From: the human T2T-CHM13v2.0 reference genome, Homo sapiens
Length of the DNA stretch: 64,000 nt
Assembly (NCBI RefSeq): GCF_009914755.1
Contig: NC_060943.1
Reading direction: 5' to 3' (one strand)
Below are positions 29,762 to 54,706 of the stretch, in pieces. How positions within the stretch are numbered: the stretch's first letter is position 1; each line of letters starts with the position of its first letter. The translations under genes were made by a program, and so were the position numbers. Below the pieces are notes generated by a model. It was not told the DNA's origin. It worked only from the letters and a program-made list of their open reading frames with translations, and made no database searches.

Positions 29762-30974
29762 TTAAATGCTGATAGGAGCTAAGCAGGGAACCTAATACAT
29801 AGTAACTAACATTTTTTGATTGCTTACCAAATGTGAGGTTCTGTTCTACTGACTCATTTAATCTTAACAACAACTCTAAGATGGGTGCTATTATTATCCA
29901 TGTTTTTAAAATGAGCAAGTAGGCCTAGAGAGAGGTGAAGCTACTTGCACACTATAAAACAGCTAACCTTCATATCTAGGCAGTTTGACTTGAATTTAAA
30001 ATTTAAAAAAAAGAGAGAGAGAGAAGCTGGTTGTTTGAATTTTTTGTGAAGTGCTCTGATTATTAAATGTTATCCCATTTTAAAAGTTAGTTTTAAAAAG
30101 TAAGCATTTGTAGGCCAAACAAAATTCATTTATGATTGTTTTTAGTCTCTGAAGCAGGCTGACAGTGAGGGAAGTGACTTACCCAGAATCACCCAGGAAG
30201 TAGCGACAAAGATTAGGTCTTCTGACTTCTGGTCCACTTCCAGGAAAAATCTAAGTATACTGTGTGTCACATCAGGGCTAGCTGATTTATTCTTATATTT
30301 TATTCATGAGGAAGTGAATTTGGAGAGGAGAATGAACTTCACCATGCTTATACAGCAGTTTTTAAGGCAAAATAGAATCATGAAAAAGACACCACAGTTG
30401 TAGTCAAAGGTTGAGTCTGAAATCTATGAACGTAACGGCTGCATGTCTTGGGGCCAGTCATAGTACTTTTGTGGATCTCTGCCTTCCTTTTGGAAGTGTT
30501 GATAATGAGATGTACCTCACAGAGTTGTTGAGACTAAGATAAAAGATAAAATTTCTACGTCTCTAGAGTTGTAAATGGCAACCATAGTTTCTCATTAGAT
30601 GTTAACCAAAAAAGTAGTTAACAGTCATGGCATGATTCAGTCATTCCCAATTGATTCACAGCAGGGCACAGTGGCTCATGCCTGTAATCCTAGCACTTTG
30701 GGAGGCTGAGGCGGGAGAATTGCTTAAGCCCAGGAGTTCAAAACCAGCCTGGGCAATATAGCAAGACTCGACTCTCTCTCTACAGAAAATATTTTTTTTA
30801 AATGAATTGGGTCTAGTAGTGTGCCCTTAAAGTCCCAGCTACTCGAGAGACTGATGTGGGAGGACTACTTGAGCTCAGGAGTTCGAGGCTGTAGATAGCT
30901 GTGATTGTACCACTGCACACCAGCCAGGGTGACAGGGTGAGACTCCATCTCTTTAAAAAAAAAAAAAAAAGGAT

Positions 30975-33455
<2,481 letters not shown>

Positions 33456-34153
33456 TGAAAATTCTATAATCTCATCTCTGATCACTGCTCTAACCATAGG
33501 TAAGCACTGGTATCAAATTATACATCATTCTAGATCTTTGTTTTACTCATTCATGTATGTATAGTTTTGAGTGTATTATATATGAATATGTAGATACATA
33601 TTTACATATTATATATATAAAGCTTTTATATAAATGACAAATGATCCAGTTTTCATTTAAAGATTGTGAAATATTTCAGACATATAGAAAGATATAAATA
33701 TGGTATAATGAGCATATACCCACCACCAGCTTAATATTGAAAACACTGGCTGGGCACGGTAGCTCACACCTGTAATCCTAGCACTTTAGGAAGCCCAGGT
33801 GGGAGGACGGCTTGAGCCTAGGAGTTCAAGACCAGCCTGGGCAACATAACAAGATCCCATCTCTACATAAATTAAAAAATTAGTCAGGCATGGTGGCACA
33901 TGCTTGTAGTCCCAGCTACTTGGGAGGCTGAGGTGGGAAGATTGCTTGAGCCTGGGAGGTCAAGCCTGCAGTGAACTGTGAATGCTCCGTTGCACTCCAT
34001 CCAGTCTGGGTGACAGAGCAAGAAACTGTCTCAAAAAAAAAAAAAAGAAAAGAAAAGAAAGAAAACACTACCCCTGGTATACTCCCTTCCCCAAACACAT
34101 CTCCCACTCTCAAACATAGAGATCGCTGCTATTCTGAATTTGACATTTTATTC

Positions 34154-36770
34154 TGTGTACTAAGGAACTTAACCTTGCCTGAAGAGAAGTCTGGCCTTTG
34201 CCCTTGGCTTCTGGAAGACACTCCCTAGCTCTTAGAATGTCACACCTCATAGGGGTGTCTTTGTTTGCCCAGGGACCTTGCATCACACTGAATATTCTAG
34301 AAATGTGATTTAGGATGAGGGCTGGCCACACCAGATAATGTTAACAATGTGATTTAGAGTGGAAGCAATACCAGATAGTCTAACAATGTGATTTAGAATA
34401 GGGGCTTTGGATCAAATGGTATCAGCTCAACTTCAGGAGGAGCTGGATGCTAAGATCCACCATGAGGGAAGTCACCATGTTACACGATGGAGGCCCAATA
34501 AAAACACTGGACACAAGGCTTGGGTGAGCTTCTTTAGTTGACAGTACTATGCATATTGTCACACATTATCACCAGGAAAGCTAAGTTATGCTGTCCATGA
34601 CTCCACAGGGAGAGGATAACTAGAAGCTTTGTGTGGGGAACTTCTGGCCTCTGCCCTGTATGTCTTCCCTTGGCTGATTTTAATCTCTATCCTTTAGTTG
34701 TAGTAAACAGTAATCACGAGTATAACAGCTTTCAGTGAATTCTGTGAGTACTTCTAGTGAATTACCAAACCTAAGGGTAGTTTTGGGGTTCCAAAACCTT
34801 GCAAATGATTTGAGAAATGAGGGTAATCAGGGATCCTTGATATCTTCAGTTGGTGTCAGAAATGAGGGGATCTTGTGGACCATTCCCTAACTTTTCAGTT
34901 GTATCAGAAATGGGATTCACTAGAACAGCCCTGACTCACTGAAACATATGGTTTGAAAAGAGGAAGGATGTGAAGTCAAGATGATAAGCCTTTGATTCCT
35001 GGGCTGTCCTGCGGTCACCTGTGCGTATAGAAATGCAGCTGTTCTGCAAACAGTTACAGGAGGTAAAAGTTACCATTGCTTTTTCAATACAATGGATCCA
35101 ACCCCCAAGGAGCTGACCCACTGGATGCATAAGGAAACAAACTAAATAGGCAGTCCCTTGGCTATTTTTATCTGTAATCGTTAAAATGAAAGTGGCTGAG
35201 GCGGATCCTGATGCTGGCCCAATCTTGGGCTCTGGCCAGCCTGAGCTACAGCTGCTAGCCTCAGGGCTGTGGCTAAAGGGAAAAGTTAGGCTGAAATGAC
35301 AGATGGCAAAGAAAATTAGAGTGGTTCACCAGAGAGTGAGAAAAGACGAACATTTCCAAGAGGGTGGAAATCTTTATAAACAGTTATTAAGAAATGAGAT
35401 GAGTTAAGTGGACATTGAGGGAGTCTAAACAAAGGTCTCAGTGGAGCACTCTTAGAAATTAGGTGGAGCAGTGAGAACCTAGACTTGCCCTCCAGTGTTG
35501 AAGGTCCCCCATCAAGTCTGCTATATTTACCCTAGTTTGGAGGAATTTTAGAAGCCAGAAGGCAAACATGACAATGGGAAATCTGACCTCAGATCTCCTG
35601 AGGGGACGAACATGTGATCTAATCAAGATAAATGACAAAAGGGCCTGGGTTGCTTGGCCTGACCCCTAACTGAAGACCCAAAGTCATATGCATATTAGTA
35701 GTAAAATAGTCAGGGGATGGATAAGAGATATTTCTGGGACTCATGTGGGAGTCTTATACACTGCAATTCCAAAAAGGTTGGTGAAATTCTAATAGCATCT
35801 ATGGTTAGATTGCGAAGACATAGGATTACAAAAGTGGATGAGATTCAGGCGAAACTTTGGATGAAAATTGGAATGTTTGGACAGACTATGTAAATATGTT
35901 ATGTGAATGTATTTACCTAAATGTATTATGAGGAAAGATATTGTGTCCAACTATGGAAGAGTTCCCCTACGTACTATTATGAAACAGAAGGCATGTAAAT
36001 CTTCCCTTCAACCAATATTGATTGAATATGCTAAATAGGAACCAATAAGATTGCCCAAGCCCACACTAATTGTTAATTTGAAACAGTACAGGATATCTGG
36101 TGGACAAAACATGTTAGAAGCTTAACGTTTGCTTTATTTAGGCAGACTGGAGCTAAGGCCAGTGAGCACCACCCAGTGGTGAATGCTGGGATTTGGGGCC
36201 AGAAAATTTCCAATGGAGAGACAACTAGCTGCCTATTGGGCTTTGAGTCTGCCCCATCATTGAAGGATATAATAATCCTGACACCTGAAATCCTCATGAT
36301 GTGTTTGTCATGTTGGAAAAACACTGTAGTAAGGAAGGCCATGCCCAAAAGAGTCTCGTAATAAAATGGAAATTGTTTATACAGGAACATGCTACCAGGG
36401 AAATGCAAGGAGGTCCTCGTTATATTTATGAACAGGTGGCTTTTTCCCTACTGAAGAGCTGCGAGATCCTATTATTACTTGAATGATGTCTATTAATAGC
36501 TCTTGATTGACCAACTAAGAGCGGTTTGATTTATGGATGGCAATTCCAAAGTGAATTAATAACATCCTGTTTGGAAGACTGGCACTCATACTGAGGAAGG
36601 CAAAAACAAGTCACTTCAGTGGGCTGAACTGCCTCCACATTTGGGTTTTTACCAATTCATGGGCAGTGGCCAATGGCCTGGCCATATGGTCAGGCAGATG
36701 GGCAATGGGAAACTGTACTATTAAAAGGATGCCTATATAGGGTACAGCCTTATGGAATTCACTATAGCCA
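34154..36770 (+). mobile_element. ERVL-class element: MER77/MER21-group LTR (~34154-34860) plus decayed internal region
   Basis: LTR-type start tgtgtactaaggaacttaacc; RNase H-like remnant WVFTNSWAVANGLAIWSGRW at about 36642-36701. Confidence 0.65.
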
Positions 36771-39700
36771 GTATCTCAAAAGACCTGTTCATACCCCCTA
36801 CAAATGATAAAATAAACAGAGAAACAGACCTCTTCCTCCCAAAAAGGCAATTAATATCCTACCTTTTATGCTGGACATTTCTTGGCAACTTTTAAAGGAT
36901 TTTTACTACTTGTGTGTGCGTTCTTAAACACTTGATTTTGCCCGGTTTTTTTCAAATTTTAAAGAAATGCTCATACATTATTACTTATTTGTGTCTGGCT
37001 TTGTTCATTCAATATTTTATTTGTAAGAATGGTCCATGTTGTTGCATCTAGCATTAGCTCATAGGTTTTTGTTGCTGTGTAGTATCTCATTTTTTAAAAT
37101 TCTCTGTTTACTGGCATTTGGATTGTTTACCTTTTTAGCTATTTTTAAATAATACCACTGTAAACATTTTTGCATTCCTTTGTGGCGTACATATGCACAA
37201 ACATTTCTATAAAGTATACATCTGGGAGTGGAATTGAGGGTCATAGAGTATGTGTATCTTCTGCTTTGATAAATAACTTTGTTGCCCTGATTTATATTTC
37301 CACCAATAGTGTGTGAAAGTTGAGTACCACATTCTCACCAAGACTTGATATATTGTCTTGGATATGTACTGGTATCTGATGGTTTTAACAGGCATTTTGC
37401 TGGTTATTAATGAGATTTTAAATATTTTCATGGAAATTTTATTAAGATTTGTCTTATGATCCAGCTGTGGCCAATTTCTGTAAACGTTCTCTGTGTGCTT
37501 ACAAAGAAATTGTATTCTGCAGTTATTGATTGCAGTATTCTCTATATATTTTTGGTCAAATTTGCTGATCAAGTTGTTGAAATCTTTATATATTCCAATA
37601 GTCTGTTTGTTCTGTCAGTTTCTGAGAGAACAGTGATTAAAATGTCACACTACTATTGTGGATGTCTGTTTCTCCTTTTATTTTTGTAGATTTTTTGCTT
37701 TATATATTTTTGGACTATGTTAGTAGGCAAACACAAATTTTAAATATATACTTTATTCCTGTTAATGTCAGCTTATCATTAGGAGATATGCCATTCTATC
37801 TTTGGTAATGCCTTTTGCTTAAAGTCTGCTTTATGGGATGTTAATGTAGGTATGTCTACATTACCTGGCTTTCTGGTTGGTATTTGCTTGGTATATGTTT
37901 TCATTCTTTGGTTTTTTCTTTTTTTCTTTTTTTGAGACGGAGTCTTGCTCTGTCGCCCAGGCTGGAGTGCAGTGGCATGATCTCGGCTCACTGCAAGCTC
38001 TGCCTCCCAGGTTCATGCCATTCTCCTGCCTCGGCCTCCTGAGTAGCTGGGATTACAGGGGCCCGCCACCACACCCAGCTAATTTTTTGTATTTTTAGTA
38101 GAGACGGGGTTTCACCGTGTTAGCCAGGATGGTCTGGATCTCCTGACCTCGTGATCCGCCCGTCTCGGCCTCCCAAAGTGCTGGGATTACAGGCATGAGC
38201 CACCGCTCCCGGCCCATTTGGTTTTTTAACTGTCCTTTACACTTATGCTTTGGTTGTGTCTTTTGTAAACAGCATGGAGTTTGGCTTTGCTTCTTTTTTC
38301 CAATATGATGATCTTAGATTCATAACTGGATAATTTAAGCCATTTATATTTAGTTAAATCACTGATGTATTGGAGTTTAAATCTAACATCTAGGTACATG
38401 ATTTCTACTTGTCCCAACCGTTCTATTCTCTTTTGTATCCCTTCTGTTTGTTTCTCTGTCTTTATTTTCAAACAAGCTTTTAAATCAAAGTACAATTTTA
38501 TACAGAGAAGTATTAATACAGATAGTAAGTATACAACTCAAATTATCACAAAGGGAGCAGACCAGTGTAACCACCACTGAGGTCAAGAAATAGAACATTA
38601 ACAACACCCCAAACACTCCACTCATGTACTACACCATTCATTACCCCCTTTATCCTTGCTATGTTCTGGATGCAAGCACGTTGTATGTGTTGCAAGTATG
38701 TTCTCCAGCCCTGCAACTTGCATTTATCCTCCTTAATGGTATCTTTTGATGCAGAAATTAATTCTGATACAGTCCATTTTATCCATATTTCCTCATAGCT
38801 AGTGCTTTTTGGCCCTTTTAAAGAAATATTTCCTTACCTAAAACTTACCAAGATACTCTCCTATGTTGTATTAAAGAATTCCACTGACCAATGTGGTAGC
38901 TACTAACTACATATGGCTATTGAGCCCTTATATTGTGGCTAGTCTGAATTGAAGTGTGCTGTAAGTGTAAAATATATACAAGATTTTGAAGAGTGTATAA
39001 AGAATGTACCAAATCTTAACAATTTTGTGTTGATTGCATGTTGAAATATTGGGTTAGGTTCAATATGAATAACCTAGTGAATAACCTAGGTTTCTTTCAC
39101 TAGGTTAAATGAAACATCATTAAAATTAATTTTACCCATTTCTTCCTTTTTAATGTGGCTGCTAGAAAATTTAAAATTATACATGTAGTCCACATTTATA
39201 GGTCACATTATATTTCTTCACACAGCACTGTTCTAGAAAAAAAGTCTAAGGACTTTCCCAATGTCCCTAGAAGTTATTTTTATGTATGACATGAGGTAGG
39301 GGTCTTATTTCCTTTTGCTGTATGGTTGTCCAGTTATTCTGACACAATTTATTCACAAGAGAGTCCTTTAACTTCTATGCAGTGCCATATTTATCCTAAA
39401 CCAAGTGATCACATATGTATAGGTATTTTTCTAACCATATAGCCTGTCCCATTGGTATTTTTATTTATCCTTGTGTCAATACCATACTCTATGAATTACT
39501 ATGTATGTATGTATGTATTTTATTTATTTACTTATTTATTTTGAGATAGAGTCTTACTCTGTAGCCCAAAGCTACAGTGCAGTGGCGTGATCACGGCTGA
39601 CTGCAGCCTTGACCTCCCTACCTCAGGTGATCCTCCCACCTTAACCTTTCAAGTAGCTGGTACTACAGGTGCGTACCACCACACCCAGATAATTTTTGTA

Positions 39701-40135
39701 TTTTTTGTAGAAACGGGGTTTTACCATGTTGCCCACGCTGGAATTACTATGGATTTTTAAGTCATGATAGCCAGTAGGAATTGGAATTGGTCATTTTTTT
39801 GAGACAGGGTCTCGTGCTGTCTCTTTTTTAATAGAAATTTACTGAGAACAAATTTATTAAATAAATGTCTACATGGGATATAAAAGGGAACATTGTGCCA
39901 TGCTATACAATGTTACTTACACCATTCATTTCAAATTTTATGGCAAAACAATTATACTGTGGTAGGGAGATGTTGTTTTACACTTCTCACCAAACTAAAC
40001 ATTATCATATTTTTCCTGAGAGAATGTCAACACTTTGCTATCTTAAGTGATCACACCACTGCAATCCAGACTGGGTGACAGAGAGAGAGAAAGACCCTGT
40101 CTCAAAAACAAAAACAAACCAGGCATAGTGGCTTA

Positions 40136-40470
<335 letters not shown>

Positions 40471-40699
40471 TCATGAGCCTCTCATCCCATATAATTCCTG
40501 CTTCTCCAGGTGAACAGGCCTTCACGATGACCAGAGACAGAAGCCCCTGACTTGGCTAAAGATACTTCTGCTCTCCCTATCCCCACATCCTCTTTCAGTT
40601 ACGCATCACCTCACTCCTTCTGAACCATATGGTTCTGATGTCAGAGCCAGTGTAGTAAAGAGCTTCTGCTGTTCCTGAGAACTGTTGCTGCTGGAAGTG

Positions 40700-45223
<4,524 letters not shown>

Positions 45224-46185
45224 GCCTGTGGAACATGCCTCATACCTGGAGTCGCCATTATCCCTGGAATTACAAAGATCTGCAAAATTTATAGCGCTCA
45301 CAGAAACCCTGGAGGCTGTAATAAACCTGGAGCCCCCTGGACTCTCCTCAGCTCACAAAACCCTCTCAATTCCTACACATCCCTTAACACTCATTCTCCA
45401 TTGAATAGGTGGTTACTCTTAGACCTAGTCTTAGAACCTCTGAAGACACACTTTGTAATTTGTTGTTTGGCTAAATGAGAAGAAATCTGTGCCACCCTGG
45501 GAAGGTGTCAAAAGAAGGAAAAATACATGTGACAATATGAATCAAGTCCATCAGCAAGTTACTTTTGAGCGCCTACTGTGTGTCAGTGCCTGAGATACAC
45601 CTACAAGAGCGCCAGGCTTTCAAGCCTTCATATCTGGATAGAATCCCAACTTCAGTGCTTGGTGGCTGTCTATCTTTGGACAAGATCTTTCATTCCCCAT
45701 CCTTTGAACATCACATGACCCATATCTGGGTGGAGAATGGGTGAAAAGTACTGTTCAGAGATGCAGGTGAGAAAAAACATGACGATGGGCCCTGAATGCC
45801 AAGATTCATTGGAGCTTTGGAGCTTTATCTTGTAGGACCTTATCCTGACTCCCTTAGAATGTAAGTTCCAAGAGAACAGGGACTTTGTCTGCCTTGTTTT
45901 CTACTTTTATCACCAGCACCCAGAATGATGCCTAAAATACAATAAGATCTCAAGAATGTTTGTCAAATGATTTAATTAATTATAAGCTGTTTTAAGGTTT
46001 GAAGCAAGCAAGTAGAGTGACCAGATATAGACAGAAAAATCATTTCCGTACCCTGACCCCACATATGATATATTTAGAATGGGTAAGGCTGGAGGTAAAG
46101 ATGCTAGTTAGGAGGTTATCGCAATAGTTCTTGGCCAGATTGAAAGGCAGGCATGCAAGGAATGGGAAAGGGATTCTGGCATTAG

Positions 46186-46572
<387 letters not shown>

Positions 46573-47659
46573 TAGGTGGAAAGAGGGTCATCTCTTCCCT
46601 GGGGCAATATTTGTGGGTAAATACAGTGATCCTGTAGCACCAGCTAGATGGTCATCTTATACTCAGGGTGGACGTTTACGTTAGCCCCCACATGTATAAG
46701 CACCTCTCACAGGCAGTTCACATTTCACAGAAATATCAGATGTGCCACCATGTGCCAGATAATGAGGGGAAGAAGTAAGACACTCACCCTGCCTCCGTGG
46801 AGTCATGGTCTACATAGACAGACGATGAAGAAATGCAGACGAATTTATAGCTTAAAATGTTGATAAGTGCTAGAAAGAAAAAAGGACAGAATACTATGAG
46901 AAAGCACAGGAAAGGAAGCTAGGTTGGATTACAGAGTCAGAGAAGGCCTCTCAGAGAAAGTGACACTTGCCTTGAGACCTATAGGATTATTAGGAGCTGG
47001 CTAGACAGAGGGAGCAGTAGATCCTAAGCTCTGACATGAGAACAGTTTGGTGAGTTCAGGAGCCCAGAGCAGGCCGCTGTGACTGGAATTGACTGAGGGA
47101 TGAGCTCCTGAAGGGCCAGAACTTGCAGGCCTTCCAGGGCTCTAGTGGGAAGTTTAGGTTTTGTCCTCACTTGTGGAGGGTTATTTCCTCTTATGCTTTG
47201 TAATTCTGGAAAGTGCAGATTGTTTGAGAATCACATCCAGTGGAGCTGTGTGAGAATCCTGGGCAGCAGAGGTTTTGAGTTGAGGATAGAAGCCTCTATG
47301 TAACAGGTTTGGTGTTTGCTTCTACTAAAGATACATCCTCTGTTTGGGAGGGAGAGGCAGACAAGGCTGGGGAGAGGGAGAGTGCCAGTGTTGGGAAAGA
47401 AGAGAAAAAAATGTAGAAAAGGAATAGGAGAGAGGATAGGGATCGGGTTGGAGATAGGTCAGAGATGGGTTTGGGAATGGGAATAGAGAGGCTGGGCTTA
47501 ATCGTGTGTCTTGTTTTCTCGGTGATAGGGGCCTCGCGTGCAGGACAGGAAACAATGAGTACGCAGGGTGCCTTCTGACCAGCCCTGGGGTCCAGCACTA
47601 GTCATTTTGTGCCTTAGTTAATGCCTTGACTTCCCGCACATACCAGGTTGAGAGAGGAA

Positions 47660-48080
47660 CGTCCCTTAGCAACTGATTGGCCTGGAGTCTAGAGGACTGG
47701 TGGGGGTCTGGAACCAGCTGCCCAAGGAAAACGATTCTCCCAATGTCCGGGGGACGCAGTAGCAACGGTTGCTTCTGACTAGCTCAGGCTCTGGAGACCC
47801 GCGCGCTCTCTTATGCGGCTGCGCATCCCAGCAGCTCCCGCGAGAAGGGTCAGGCCCTGATTGGCTCTGGACAAACCCGCGCGAGCTTGCGGGGCGGGGC
47901 TTCAAGGGGTTGGTATCCCCGTGCAAGGAGGTTGGCGAGGCCTCAGGGGACTCCCAGTTCAGCGAATCCGTTAGCCTTCCTCTACCTTAGTCACTTCCCC
48001 GTGAGGCACTCCGTGTTTGTGTACACGGTTATTCCACGTGTCAGTCAGTTCATCGGGCGCATCCGGAGTCATTGAAAACA
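47660..48080. promoter_or_regulatory. Small CpG-rich promoter (CCAAT x2, GC box, RFX/MYB-like sites, E-box)
   Basis: ATTGG at 47676 and 47860, GGGGCGGGGC at 47891, GTAGCAACGG at 47759, CACGTG at 48035; high local CpG. Confidence 0.7.
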
Positions 48081-48350
48081 GTAATAGGAAGTCAAACAAA
48101 CCCGCTTGATGCAAAAATTCAGGAGGACATTCGGTTTTTAAGGAAATAGTGCTGAGGAAGGACCAGGCTGGAGCTCTTTGGACCCTGAGACTGGGAGGTA
48201 AATATGGAAAAAGAAGTGATAATTTAGGGGGAGGGAAAAGAGATCACCTGTGAAGAAAACTCACGCACACACCAGGGCCTGGAGAAGGAAGTGAGACTGG
48301 AAAGAGATCAGAATTTTATTTTTATTTCATTATTTTATTCATCTATTTAA

Positions 48351-48494
<144 letters not shown>

Positions 48495-49716
48495 TAAATT
48501 GTTTTGTAGAGACAGGGTGTCGCTGTGTTGCCCAGGCTGGTCTCAAACTTCTGGGCTCAAGCGATCCTCCCACCTCAGCCTCCCAAAGTGCTGGGATTAC
48601 AGATGTGAGAGATCAGAGTTTTTGAATCTGAAGGACCCTTACATAGTCTGCAGTAACCCTCCCATTCTACCGAGGAGGAAAAAGAGGGGGAAGCAGAAAG
48701 GGGACAGAACTTGCCCAGAGCTATCCAACGAGTTACTGGCAAAGCCCCAGCTGGAACCAGCCCAGAGCTCTTCCCAACCTTTGATTCGAGGTTGTAAATT
48801 AAAGGAGGAGGAGGAAGGATTTTGATAGTGAAAAAAAAGCAAAAGTGGGTTATGATGCAGAGATAGGATTTGTTATCTGGAAGCCTGAGTAGCATCTTGA
48901 TATAAGGAGGGAGTCGTTTTTTAAGAGAGGCAGCGATCAGAATGGAAAAGCAGAGGGCTGGTTCTTGAATCAAAACATCACTGAGAAAAGAGATGAGTCA
49001 AGAGCGGTCACAAATTAAATGCTGAGGGAACCAGGCAGGTGATGTGAATGATAAACAGTTGCCTAGCACTTATTTTGTGCTGGGCTCTGTTCTGAGGGTT
49101 TTACATGTATTCATTCATTTAATCATTTAATGCTCCCAACAATTCTGTCAGATGAATCCTGTTAAAATCTACATGTTATAAGTGAGGAAACGGGAAACCC
49201 AGAGAGGGGAAGTAATTTGCCCACAGTCACACAGCTGGCAAATGGCGGCGCCAGACTTAAACTCAGGCAGGCTGACTCAGCACACGGTCTTAACCACTGT
49301 GTTATATGCCCCTCCCAGGTGAGTGCAGCAGGGAGAGCAGGGGCAGCAATGGACTGGAGAACAATTGTCCAATATTAAAGGGGAAAGTTAATATCTGCCA
49401 TGTGTTGTCAGATCTAATTTATTAAAAAGTAGCTGGGAGTTCAGACTTTTATGTGAGGATCCTGATTTTTAAACATTGCAACTAATTAAAGAAAGTCTGT
49501 ATGCAGGTTTCTTAATGCAGGCTAAATAAAATCCCCTGCATTTTAACTACCTCACAAAGCCACTAATTTGCAAACTCTAGACTATCTTAAATGAGGAAAC
49601 AGTTCCCTAGTGAGGGAAGGGCCTGGCCCAGAAAAACCTAGAAAATGGGAGGCAAAGACCAAGCCTTTGGACTGCTGGCCGTCCACTCACAGAAGAATCT
49701 AGAACCCTTCCTTTGA

Positions 49717-50085
<369 letters not shown>

Positions 50086-51971
50086 TAAAGTAACACTCAT
50101 GTATGATCTCACAGAAGGTCAAAAGTTCTGGTGTGGCGTGGTTCCCCTGGTTTTCTGCTCCAGCTTTCACAAGGCCTGAATCACAGTGTTGGCAGGGCTA
50201 TGTTGCTTTCTCGAGTCCCTTTGGATGAACCCATTTCCAAACACATTCAGAATCAGTTCCATGCTTTGTAGTAGTGAGGTCTGCATTCCCTTGCTAGCTG
50301 TCTGCTGGGGTCATTGTCAGCTTCTAGGAGCTGCCCTCATGGGCTCGTGGGTTCGTTCCTTCATCTTCAAAGCAAACAATGGTGAGTCAAATCCTTCGTA
50401 TGCTTCACATCTCTCTGACCTCCACTTCTGGCTCATGTATGCCCTTTCTTTCTCCTGAATCTCTCTGACTTTTCTGCTTTGCAAGTTTCACGTGATTACA
50501 TTACATTCACTCAGATAGTGCAGGATGATCTCCTCAATTTAAGATCAGCAGATTAGTCACCTTCACTCTATCAGCAAAGTCCCTTCACTCAGTCAGCAAA
50601 GTCCCTTCACTGAAGCACGTAGATTAATGTTTAATTGAATAACCAGGGCACAGGAATCTTGGAATGGGAGACATCTTTAGAATTTTGCCTACCACACAAG
50701 TCGAGGGGGAAGACATTTGTAACTCATATGGTGCAAAACTATATGCTTTTCCCACTGTCTTTCTCAAACCTTGTGAGGTGGACAGGACAGTTTGATTTAT
50801 TCCCATATTTTATACATGAAGCATGGGACTCAGAGAGGAGAAGAGGCTTCAACCGTGATGACACAGCAGTTCTGAAGGCAGCCTGGCATACCGGAAAGAA
50901 CACTGGGTTCGGAGTCCAGGGACCTACATTATGACTTCAGGATGTCCATTTCTTGGCCCTGTGAACCTGACTAGTTCCTATGCTGTTCTGGGCCTCAGTT
51001 TCCTTATCTGCGAAGTGATGCATTGAGAACTACATCACAGTGCTGTTGTGAGATTGAGAATGATAAAGTATGTGAATCTCCAGTGCACAGCACATGGGCC
51101 ACCATGATTGTTCGGTATTATTTATTTATTTATTTTAAGGTATCTGCAGAGCCACAGCTAGAACCCAGATTTATTTATTTATTTATTTATCTCTCTCTCT
51201 TTCTCTCCCTTTCTCTCTCTCTCTCTCTGTCTGTCTCCCAGGCTGGAATGCAGTGGCACAATCTCTGCTCACTGCAGCCTCTGCCTCCTGGGTTCAAGTG
51301 ATTCTCATAACTCAGCCTCCTGAGCAGTTGGGACTACAGGCGCATGCCACCACGCCTGGCTAATTTTTGCTTTTTAAGTAGAGAAGGGATTTTGCCATGT
51401 TGGCTAGGCTGGTCTCGAACTCCTGGCCTCAAGTGATCTGCCCGCCTTGGCCTCCCAAAGTGCTGGGATTACAGGTGTGAGTCCCCGCGCCTTGCCAAAA
51501 CCCCAAATTTCTTGGTTCCAAATCTTCTTTCATTTGATAAAGCTTTATTATGCACCAGCTGTGTTCCAGATTGTGTGTTGGGTACTAGAGACACAAAAGT
51601 GACTCAGACTTGACTTTGAAAGGTGGACTCCATTATGTCACATAAAGGTACCTTGGGCATGACACACAAAGGCCACCCAGAAGTGGTACACAAAGGTGAT
51701 TCCAACATGACACACAAAAGATATTTGGACATGACTAATTTTCTCAAGGAACTCACATTCTGGTCAGAATAGATACAGAGTTACTTCCCTGCGTACTGTG
51801 AAGGGGCAGAAGCTGACCAAGGAGAGAAAGAGAAACAGAGGGGAAGTAGGGTTAGGTAGTATTTCTAGCAGTCTGCCAAAATCTGTCAAATTTTGGAGTT
51901 TATTTTGACAGTAAAGTGAAGCCAACAGATGGTAACGAACAGGGAACTGACATGATTGATTTATAATTTAA

Positions 51972-52544
<573 letters not shown>

Positions 52545-52852
52545 TAGCGTGACAATCAAATGGAGAAGAGATATGGCAGTGGGCTGTGTGGGGTTGTTAC
52601 AATAGCTCCACAGGGTCATCAGAAAACCAGGCTCCCCATGTTGTTGTCAGCGACATCCCCAGATCTCTAGCTTTCATTCTCACAGTTGTCTCATAGTCGC
52701 CAGGTGGCTGCACCATCTCCAGCATCACGTTCATCTTCCAGGAAGGAAGAAGAGGAAGGTGAGGAGGAGGAAATGATGGTGCTAGTGTCAGAAAAGCAGA
52801 ACTCCCAAAACTCTCCAGCAGATAGCCTCTTAAGTTTGGTATTTTTAAGTAG

Positions 52853-53342
<490 letters not shown>

Positions 53343-54448
53343 TAAGACAACCCGTCAGAATTCCATTTTATTTGGGGATCATTTTCATAAGACATGGAAT
53401 AATTTCTAACATCTTTGTAGTCTCATAAGACCATTTGGTTTAAATTATTCTTCCAAGAGCAGATTCGTATTAACAAAGACTAGAACAAGTCAGCAACCGT
53501 CATGAATATTCATACAAAACTGTATATTGCAGAGGAGAACATAAATGATATTCTTATAAACAGTCTCAGTTTTGCACAACATCAAATCAAATTCCTTGAA
53601 CCATTTTATAACACAGAACAATATCTTTTGATTTATTGCTGCAGGGGCAGGAAACGTGTCCTTCAACTCTTTCTGAGAGTCATGTACTTTATTATGAAAA
53701 TTTATGTTTTTAAAACCAAGTCCTGGAATTTTATTAGCTAGTATTACATGAAAAAAAAAAAAACCCTTGGGAGCTCAGTTGGGATGGCAAAAAAAAAAAA
53801 AAAAGGGAGAAAAGCTGAATAGGCTTTTATTCACTGATAGTAATTTGATAACATTTTTCTTCTCCTTGGCTCACTGGCCAGAACTCTGCCATATGGCCAC
53901 CCTAGATGAAAATGAAACAAGAAAATAGAGATTTTATTTTTCAGATTGGTGGCTTGATCACCTGGACAAATTTGAAATAACAAGGAGGAAACAGAGGTTG
54001 AATATCAGGTAGGCAACTCTCAGGGTCTACCTGAGATATTGCCCTAGAGGAGATGGATAGCTAGGGCTGCTGAAGACAGTCTGAGAGAGGAGGCTTCTTT
54101 CTGGTTGTGAGATCCAGGAGAGAACTTCCAGGAGGAGGTTACATTTGACCTGGACTTGGAGAGAGAAGGAGGGTTTGAATGTGGGCAAAGGACAGAGCTG
54201 CAGAAGGACGCCATGACACGGGGAGTGGCCTGAGTAAACAGGCGGAGGAAGGATGTGCGGAGCATCTGTAGAAAGGATCCCCATTTCAGCCGGTGCATTG
54301 GCTCCCGCCTGTAATCCCAGCACTTTGGGAGGCCAAGGTGGGCAGATCACCCAAGGTTAGGAGTTTGAGACCAGCCTGGCCACCATGGCGAAACCCTGTC
54401 TCTACCAAAAATACAAAAATTAGCTGGGCGTGCTGGCAGGCACCTTTA

Positions 54449-54706
<258 letters not shown>

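Noticed and set aside
34860-36770. Coding-competent ERV gag/pol
   Set aside because: Heavily deleted with many stops; only short motif remnants remain.
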